A stretch of 64,000 nucleotides of DNA from Balanoglossus misakiensis (Eukaryota; Animalia; Hemichordata), in NCBI GenBank assembly GCA_040954595.2, contig CM082581.2, forward strand, positions 6,626,699 to 6,690,698. Reading direction: 5' to 3'. Every line of letters begins with the position of its first letter. The first letter of the stretch is position 1. The translations under genes were made by a program, and so were the position numbers. Of the stretch, positions 55,309-64,000 are shown one piece after another. The notes beneath the pieces were generated by a model, which saw nothing but the letters and a program-made list of their open reading frames with translations, had not been told where the DNA came from and did no database searches.

Positions 55309-57470
55309 ATGGAGAGCCCCAAAAATAAAGATAAAGAGGGTGCCCTCTCTCGCTGCAATGGTAAAGATGCACCACCTGAGGGTGGATTTGGATGGATTGT
55401 TGTCATAGCAACACACTTGGTGCTATTCTTCTCTTACGGAAATCTGACTTCATTTGGTCCGTTCGTTGTCCGACTCAAGGATTACTTTGACGAAGGCGCT
55501 GGCACCATTGGGGGTGTCAGTGGAATTGCCGTGTTCATTACCTTGGTGACAGGTGAGCATTCTTCTCCCCAAAACCTGCTTTTACAGTAACTTCTGTTCT
55601 ATTTTTTGTGGGTGAATATATTTGGCTTTTTTTTGTCTCATTATTTTTCTTCAAGTTCCATTTCCGTTTTTTTTAACATACAGCCTAGTTAATCAGTTTT
55701 TACGATGCCTGTGAATGGGCCTCTGGTCCGTTATTTTACCCAAATAAATAAATGTCAATTATCTTTTTATTTGAAATTTTGTACTAAATGGCATTATTAA
55801 ATTTGTTATTGCAGGTTCTATCGCCAATGGTTTAAGCAGTCGATTTGGGTACCGTGTGGTTGTCTGTACTGGTGGTGTGATATCCACCCTGGGACTAATA
55901 CTGAGTTCCTTCATCCAGCAAGCGCATCAATTGTATGTGACGTACAGCATCATAACGGCCATCGGATACAGTCTTGTTGTTACCCCAGCGATGTCATTCC
56001 CGGCAAAATATTTCAAGAAACGTTACGCACTGGCCAACGGCATCGCGTTTTCCGGCATCGCAGTTGCGTGGATCGCTTTGCCGCCCTTGTCGCAGTTTCT
56101 GATCGAAGTCTACGGCTGGCGGGGAGCCATGTTGATTTTTGCAGCCATCACATCGAATATTTGTGTCTGCAGTGTTCTGTTAATACCTCCTCCACAGAGA
56201 CGGTATCTTGCCAAAGATACGGTCAGCTCAGTCACTGGTCAAAATACAAATTTGCTGACGTCTGACGGAACGCAAAAGTCAGAACACTGCTGTAGACAAG
56301 TTGAACCAATAGATAACTGCCTCAAGAGACGTTACAAACTTTGGAAAAATACAAAATGTGGTCGGTCCTTTCTGTCTGTCTTTGACGTTTCCTTATTTGC
56401 CAATCCGTTGTTTGTTCTGATATTTGTCGACCAGATGATAATATCAATCGCTTTCTTCCCAACTCTGCTGTTCTTGGTGGCCCGTGCAATATCTTACGGC
56501 ATTCCTCAGCCGCTGCCGGCCACTTTGCTCACTGTCTGGGGAATCTCCAGCTTATTTGGCCGACTAACTCACGGTTATATCATCGATCGTAAAATTCTCA
56601 CCTCCGTTCAAGGACTTGTCTGTGGCCTGATGATCTGTGGACTCGTCAATATATTCAGTTGCTTCCAGATGAACTTCTTGGGACTTGCCCTGATGTACGG
56701 TCTTTTCGGACTCTCGAACGGAGTGTACCATCCCTTAACCACTGTCGTCATCAGAGATTTTGTCGGCACCGAAAAGTTTCCTTCGGGGCAGGGACTGAAT
56801 AACGTCGCTCGTGGAATTGGCGGGCTTCTTGGGGCACCCATTGTAGGTAAGCCAGTAGAGAGCAAGAGTTTAAATATAAATGCCACATGAGGATTTATAT
56901 TTTTTATTAATCTCATATCCGCATACCACATACTTACAATGCCCAAGAACATGACGTAGACAGAATATTAATTTGAATTGTGTCACCTGTCTTTCAACCA
57001 CTTGTTCAAGAAAAAAAAATACGATCGCACGTCTTTATTCAATCAGTATATCTTTTATTTCAGTTAGCGTTATGTCTTTTTTGTCATTTTCCTCGAACGT
57101 TTCTTGGAACGTACTGTATGGTTTTTTTCTCACACGAAAAAGCAGGTGTGTGAGATATGATCTTGGGTTCATTGCTAGAAGTAATGAATTTGTTAAAACT
57201 AATGCTGATCAGCCTTTACTGACATTTGAAATTGCAGAGCCAATGCCGAAATTAAACTTTTTGATTTTTTTTATGTGATCTCTCCGAACAGGTTGGATTT
57301 ATGATGTCAGCGGTAACTACAATGTGTGCTACATATTCTCTGGTGGTGTGTTCATTCTCTCCTCTCTTCTACTACTGTTGGCGCCCGTTCTGAGAAGGTG
57401 TCGGTCAAAGTCTGAACACAGCAAGTGGAGTACAGGTATAGAATTGAAGGACACGGTTGAGTTGGAATAA
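55309..57470 (+). CDS. Monocarboxylate transporter family (SLC16, SLC16A12-like), copy 1
   Basis: Exons 55309-55552, 55815-56847, 57292-57470, with the signature PPEGGFGWIVV, YFKKRYALANGIAFSG, YGWRGAMLI, GRL..G.I.D and GAPIVGWIYDVSGNY. Confidence 0.93.
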
Positions 57471-58868
57471 CAGAGTGATGTACAGTTCAGTTGTGCCGAG
57501 CCGCCGAAACAGCACGTAATTTGGCCAATTGACTTATTTAATTAGTGCGGTATAAACCAGAAAGAAAGAAAAAAACACATCAACAGAATTTTGAAGTTCA
57601 CACAAAACCTGTAGTGTGTGTGAAATATTTTCAAGTTTTATGTACGTCGTAACGACATAACTTTATTGTATATATGAATCATTCGAATGCTTCAGATCAT
57701 TCTCTTGAATCGGGTATTAAAGAATCTACGTTTACTTCTTCTGCCTTCCGTTGGGAAAAATGTTTTTCTTGAAAGTGATGGCCACCTTTCTACAAGTCTG
57801 TACGAAAAGAAACTTGTAGAAATGACTTTTTGGGCGTAATGAATGAGGATTCCCTTATTTTAGTAAATGTTTTTCGTTAAGTTACTCTTTTTACATGATA
57901 CTACAGGATGTATGAAATACTTAGATGACCAATGCGGGAGTTCTGAAACCTTTGTATAAACTAAAAAATACTAGTAAATGTATTTATTACAGTTGACTGA
58001 CAGCTACTGAATAATCAACTCTTGGTAATTGGCAGGGCCTGTGACAAACAGAAAAGTGGAGAAAGTGCAAACAATACGGTTGAAAAAGTAGAGATATTGT
58101 AGTTATTCTTGACCTGAGCTACCGCGAGTATAGATTGACAAGAACTACGTATTTGCATATCAAAAGAAGAACATGCATGTGCATGTATGCAAATGAGTAA
58201 GGAGGTACGCAGCAGGCTAGCGGTAAGTGTAACTTTTGCCATGCATGACCTTCTAGCTAACTGTGAATATGGCTCTTTATACGTACAATCGTTGCTACGA
58301 ATCGGTATCGTTAGCCCGTTATTACCAACAGACACGCAACCCCTCGCTGCGTTAGCGTTAGAAACTAGAAACTTGACTTTATTCACAAAACTAAACCACG
58401 TACAGCCATAACGATATAACCCTAACCTTCGGCACCAGAGTGCAGGCCAAGGTCAACTGGCAGTCCAAGTCACGAGATCCCAAAAAGCAAAAAATGTACT
58501 GAAAGCATGTGAAATTAATATTATTAGATTTGAAAACATTTCTTCTATTTTCCTACTCGATCAATAAGGAGCCAGAGATGCCAGGTCATAGTTCGAAAAT
58601 AGTCAGCAGACCCTATCCCACAGGTTGCATTCACCATAGCCCATGATTGTGCAAAATGTATATCAAAAAGTATATCAATGTCTAAAGTACAACTGCGCTG
58701 AAGTACGACCTGACTTTGGATCTGTATATACTCGAGATCCGTCTTTTTTTTGCATTTTTGTTACCTCAAAACAACTGGGGCATCGCATGAGTGCCCACGT
58801 GTTAGTCCCAAATTGATATTTAACCAATTGATGCATTTTATCCCTCCCGAAGTGTCGGACTAACAATT

Positions 58869-60720
58869 ATGGAGAGTCCCAAAAATAACGACGAAGAGAG
58901 TTCTCGCTGCCTTGGTAAAGATGCTACACATGAGGGTGGATTTGGATGGGTTGTTGTCATAGTAACACACATGGTTCTATTCCTCTCTCACGGAAGTCTG
59001 ACTTCATTTGGTCCGTTCGTTGTTCGACTCAAGGATTACTTTGACGAGGGCGCTGGCACCATTGGGGGTGTCAGTGGAATTGCTGTGTTCATTACCTTTG
59101 TGACAGGTGAGTATAATTACGTACAATTAATTATTCATTGGTCCACAGTCTCTCTATCACACAGGTGTGATAGAGAGACTAAGCAAAGCGAACCCACTAA
59201 TCAGTTTTTACGATGCCCGTTATTTTACCCACATAATTGGAATGGTATAAATTACACTACTAAATTTGTCATTGCAGGTTCTATCGCCAATGGTTTAAGC
59301 AGCCGATTTGGGTACCGTGTGGTTGTCTTTACTGGTGGCGTGATATCCACCCTGGGACTAATACTGAGTTCCTTCATCCAGCAAGCGCATCAATTGTATG
59401 TGACGTACAGCCTCATAACGGCCATCGGATACAGTCTTGTTGTAACCCCAGCGATGTCATTCCCGGCAAAATATTTCAAGAAACGTTACGCACTGGCCAA
59501 CGGCATCGCGTTTTCCGGCATCGCAGTTGCGTGGATCGCTTTGCCGCCCTTGTCGCAGTTTCTGATCGAAGTCTACGGCTGGCGGGGAGCCATGTTGATT
59601 CTTGCAGCTATCACGTCGAATATTTGTGTCTGCAGTGTTCTGTTAATACCACCTCCACAGACACAGTATCTTGCCAAGGACAAAGTCAGCTCAGTCACTG
59701 GTCAAAATACAAATTTGCTGACATCTGACGGAACGCAGGAATCGAAACAACGAAGCACAAACTCGCTAGGGGATAACAGAGAAAACAGCTGCATTACGAA
59801 ATGTTACACATTTTGGAAAAGTACAAAATGTGGTCGGTTCTTTCTGTCTGTCTTTGATGTTTCCTTATTTGCCAATCCGTTGTTTGTTCTGATATTTTTC
59901 GACCAGATGATAACATCGATCGCTTTCTTCCCAACTCTGCTGTTCTTGGTGGCCCGTGCAATATCTTACGGCATACCTCAGCCGCTGCCGGCCACTTTGC
60001 TCACTGTCTGGGGAATCTCCAGCTTATTTGGCCGACTAACTCACGGTTATATCATCGATCGTAAAATTCTCACCGCCGTTCAGGGTGTTGTCTGTGGTCT
60101 GATGATCTGTGGACTCGTCAATATATTCAGTACCTTCTTCAAGATGAACTTCTTGGGACTTGCCCTGCTGTACGGCCTTTTCGGACTCTCGAACGGAGTG
60201 TACCATCCCTTAGCCACTGTCGTCATTAGAGATTTTGTCGGCACCGAAAAGTTTCCTTCGGGGCAGGGACTGAATAACGTCGCTCGTGGAATTGGCGGGC
60301 TTCTTGGGGCACCCATTGTAGGTAAGCCAGTAGAGAGCAAGGGTTTAAACAAATGCCACATGAGGATTTTCTAAATTTATACTTTTTACATATCAACACA
60401 ATCCGCATACCATGTACTTACAAGGCTCAAGAACATGACGTAGATAGAATATTGATGAATTTGTTAAAACTAATGCTGATCAGCCTTTATTGACATTTGA
60501 AATCGCGGAGCCAATGCCGAAATTAAACTTTTTTATTTTTTTTATTTGATCTCTCCGAACAGGTTGGATTTATGATGTCAGCGGCAATTACAATGTCTGC
60601 TACTTATTCTCTGGTGGTGTGTATATTCTTGCCTCTCTTCTACTACTGTTGGCGCCCTTTCTGAGAAGGTGTCGGTCAAAGTCTCGGAACACAGCAAGTG
60701 GAGTACAAGTATATAATTGA
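58869..60720 (+). CDS. Monocarboxylate transporter family (SLC16), copy 2
   Basis: Exons 58869-59106, 59278-60321, 60563-60720 with the same motifs. A 2-nt insertion near 60685 shifts the cytosolic tail frame relative to copy 1. Confidence 0.9.
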
Positions 60721-61259
60721 AGAACACGGTGGATGAGTTAGAATAACAGTGATGTATAGTTGTACCGAGCCGCCGCAATTGACTGATTTCAGTGCGGTAA
60801 CCAGAACGGAAAAATAAACATCAACAGAATTTTGAAGTTCACACAAAACCTGTAGTGTGTGTGAAATATTTTCAAGTTTTATGTCGTAACGACATAACCT
60901 TATTGTATATATGAATCATTCGAATGCTTCAGATCATTCTCTTGAATCGGGTATTAAAGAAACTACGTTTGCTTCTTCTGTCTTCCGTAGGGAAAAGTGT
61001 TTTTCTTGAAAGTGATGGCCACCTTTCTATAAGTCTGTACGAAAAGAAACTTGTAGAAATTACTTTTTGGGCGTGATGAATGGGGATTCCATTATTTTAG
61101 TAAATGTTTTTCGTTAAATTATTCTTTTTACATGATACTACACCCGATCCTATCAAAGGCATATTTTTTCTCGCCTCTGCAAGTAAAAAGTAGGGACGTA
61201 AGAACAGGTAGCTAGCTCCCGGGCGCGGGGGATTGTGGGTAAGCGACGTGGCATAATAG

Positions 61260-61291
61260 TGCGCATGCGTGACATGCAGAGCGGCCATTTT
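61260..61291 (+). promoter_or_regulatory. Housekeeping promoter motifs (NRF1-like, YY1-like) upstream of TMED
   Basis: TGCGCATGCG at 61260-61269 and GCGGCCATTTT at 61281-61291, 20-50 nt upstream of the ATG. Confidence 0.45.
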
Positions 61292-61310
61292 TCGCTTTCA
61301 GACTTCCAAC

Positions 61311-63164
61311 ATGGCACGGTTAGTGCAGTACTTGTGCCTTTTAGGCTTTCTCTCCATGAGCCAGGCACTTTATTTCCACATTGGTGAAACAGAAAGAAAA
61401 TGCTTCATCGAAGAAATTCCAGACGAAACCATGGTAATCGGTACGTATATAAAGTTACGATTTCGAGGGGAGAACACGTATGCATACTGTACGATGCCAG
61501 TGGTGCTGATACCGGCGAGTGCATTAACCTTCTACTTTGAACCTTAGGCTTGGCATATGATATTTCATCGTCGAAATAGGATAATCAGTAAAATGTGTGT
61601 TTTCATACGGTCAACTCCTAGCATGCAAAGTGCTCAAAAACCCATCTGTCGTTGTGTCCGGAAAACTTACTTCCGGGTAACATGTATCATCACAGACAGA
61701 AGGGTTTGTTGCAAGTTGAGGTCACTACCCATTTTGCGAGTGGACTCAACTTTGTTACATCATTCCAGCTCCATGGCTACATATTCTGTACATATCTTTC
61801 CACCCACAAAAAACAGTGGCCACATGATAAAATATGCTGGCTTACAGTAAAGAAATGATATGCCTTATTTTCCATAGACAAATTTACCTTGGTTGAGACC
61901 ATATGTCAGTCAAACCCACCATAGCTTCATTAGTTATTGTGCAAATGAAAGAACATATGTTCCCATGATGATGGACACATCAGTTTGTGGATATTGCCAT
62001 AACAATTGTCCCTGCATTTGAACTGACAACAGTCAGGATCCTTTTAATAGTAGAGGTTATTGTAACGTTGGCAGTGTTTCGTCAGCAGGGCTATAAACAC
62101 AAGGTATTGTTACCAGGTGATAGGAATAATGATATGCTGTCACAGCTGGCCAAGTAATGAAAACGGATGCACTTTGAACATTGTGTACAAAAGAGTTCAC
62201 TAGCCTGCAAAAAATAATTGTTTTTCTCCCTTGTGTTCTTGTGCTTCAGGTAACTACAAAACACAGTTATTTGACAAGAATTTGAACGATTACCTACCCG
62301 CAAGTCCGGGAGTCGGCATGCACGTCGAAGTCAAGGATCCGGATGGTAAACTTGTTTTGTCCAAAGTGTACAGTTCTGAAGGACGGTTCACTTTCACGTC
62401 GCACACCCCAGGAGAACACATTATCTGTCTGTATTCCAATTCAACGAAGTGGAAGATGTTTGCTGGTGGAAAACTGGTAAGTGGATTGGTGAGGGGGCAT
62501 CTTCTGTCTTGCGATTTTACATGCAGCAATTTTGGTGGGTAATGTGCTAATTGAAGGTCCAGATATCACATGTAATTGTTCATAATAAAATTGATGTAAT
62601 CCAGTTATCCTGTCAGTGTGCCTCACTTAACATATTGAAATCCCCAACATCTGCTCTTTCTTTTGTACAGAGAGTACACCTTGACATCCAGGTGGGTGAA
62701 CATGCAAACGATTATCAGACAATAGCAGAGAAGGACAAACTTACAGAGCTGCAGCTGAGAGTGCGTCAACTTTTAGACCAAGTAGAACAGATTACAAAAG
62801 AACAGAATTATCAGAGGGTGAGTGGTAAAGTCTTGGTTTCAGTTTAGTCTCCGTAAAATCTCCTGTAGAATTTTTTTTTGCCAACGTTAAGTCAAGTCCG
62901 GAATAAGAGATCCATGTATTATGGAATAAGTATATTAATACACAAGAAACTCTGATACTGTTTCTCTCAATGTAAATAACAACTTCTGTTCTGTTTATTC
63001 CCTTTTTTTTCCAGTATCGTGAAGAACGGTTCCGTCAGACCAGCGAGAGTACCAACCAGCGAGTTCTGTGGTGGTCGATAGCACAAACTCTTATCCTGAT
63101 CATCACAGGGCTTTGGCAAATGAGGCATCTGAAGGGTTTCTTTGAGGCGAAGAAACTGGTGTGA
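61311..63164 (+). CDS. TMED9: p24-alpha cargo receptor (TMED9/TMED4 co-orthologue)
   Basis: Exons 61311-61441, 62250-62476, 62671-62817, 63015-63164 give [60 protein letters not shown], and [34 protein letters not shown]. Confidence 0.96.
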
Positions 63165-64000
63165 GCAATAACAACTGCCATGGTTTTCCTTTTTAAAATG
63201 CCCATCCCTCCCCGCGCCCCTGTGGAATGGAATAATCTGCAGTCTGAAATATTTAAAGGGGTTATTCCATTTTATGCAGGGAGGGGTTGGAGTGATGGGG
63301 AATATTCAAGGGTTGAAAAGTATGAAAGTTCTTGGTCGGTCTGAATTTCAATGCAAACTCAGGAAACATTGCCCTGTTCAAGTACGTTTGTCTTTGACAT
63401 GTCGTTAGTGGCGAGACCAAATGACCACAGGTACATTTCAGCCTCTTGAATAATCACAGGGGAAGGGAAAAGAGGGTTATCTTATGAGTTGTGCAACTTT
63501 TGAAGGCTGTATGTGTTTTTTGCACACAGAGCTCAAGATTGGGGTTCAGCTTTCAACTTTTCTAGATTTGTACATATGTCAGTGTACGTGATCTTTTATG
63601 ACTTTGGCCCGTTTTATTATCACACGTGCAAATACATCCCCAGTGCACAAATCTCCCCCCCCCCCCCAAATATGCTTTCCGGTACTTGCGCAATAGTTTT
63701 GTTACCTACAACAAATTCATGCTTGAATAATTCACAAGAGAGTGATCTGTGTTAAATGATAGTCTCAGTTAGATGTTGTTTTGTAAAATTCACTAGAGAT
63801 TTTGATAGATGATTTTATGTCAAGATTTATGCAATCAATTATTAACACGTTCTCATCCAAAAAGCCAAATTAATTTTACCTTGAATCAAGTGTAGTGAAC
63901 AAGCTGAAAATGGAAAATTTAGTTGCTGATATTTTTCTGGTAGATACAGTATTTCTCTTCTCACCCCCAGTCGAGTCTACAGATTAGTCGCTGATGATGT

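Larger units (their letters stand above)
54808..61142 (+). repeat. Recent ~3-kb direct tandem duplication (about 54808-57905 and 58204-61142)
   Basis: Near-identical coding, intronic and 3' sequence from GCAGGCTAGCGGTAAGTGT to TTTTTACATGATACTACA in both units. Confidence 0.93.

Noticed and set aside
58869-60374. 501-aa single-exon SLC16 ORF from the track
   Set aside because: It reads through a 171-nt GT-AG intron at the same position as copy 1's intron and omits the last exon.

Overview
Gene-dense, intron-containing eukaryotic (metazoan) DNA. Gene content and linkage suggest an invertebrate deuterostome such as a hemichordate or amphioxus, but the species cannot be determined from the sequence. 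Hand-spliced genes in order: a five-exon secreted protein with the hallmarks of an IL-6/gp130-type helical cytokine (-, one frameshift), FUOM (+, 8-bp duplication gives a premature stop), STX18 (-), TM2D2 (+), TEX36 (-), MAK16 (-), ATP5MK/USMG5 (-), and PDCD11/RRP5 (+). PDCD11 has a U12 intron and a complete antisense multi-cysteine-cluster Toll-like receptor nested in its largest intron. After it come a six-exon gene fusing an RIIa/Dpy-30 dimerisation-docking motif to a degenerate DUF3987-like P-loop domain (-), a C10orf143 homologue (+), two tandem SLC16 transporters (+) and TMED9/TMED4 (+). A ~90-bp TTAA-flanked MITE occurs at least five times. The most interesting items are the candidate invertebrate IL-6-family cytokine, which the ORF track does not show, and the DD-motif/DUF3987 fusion. 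All homology calls come from recognising motifs by eye; no searches were run.
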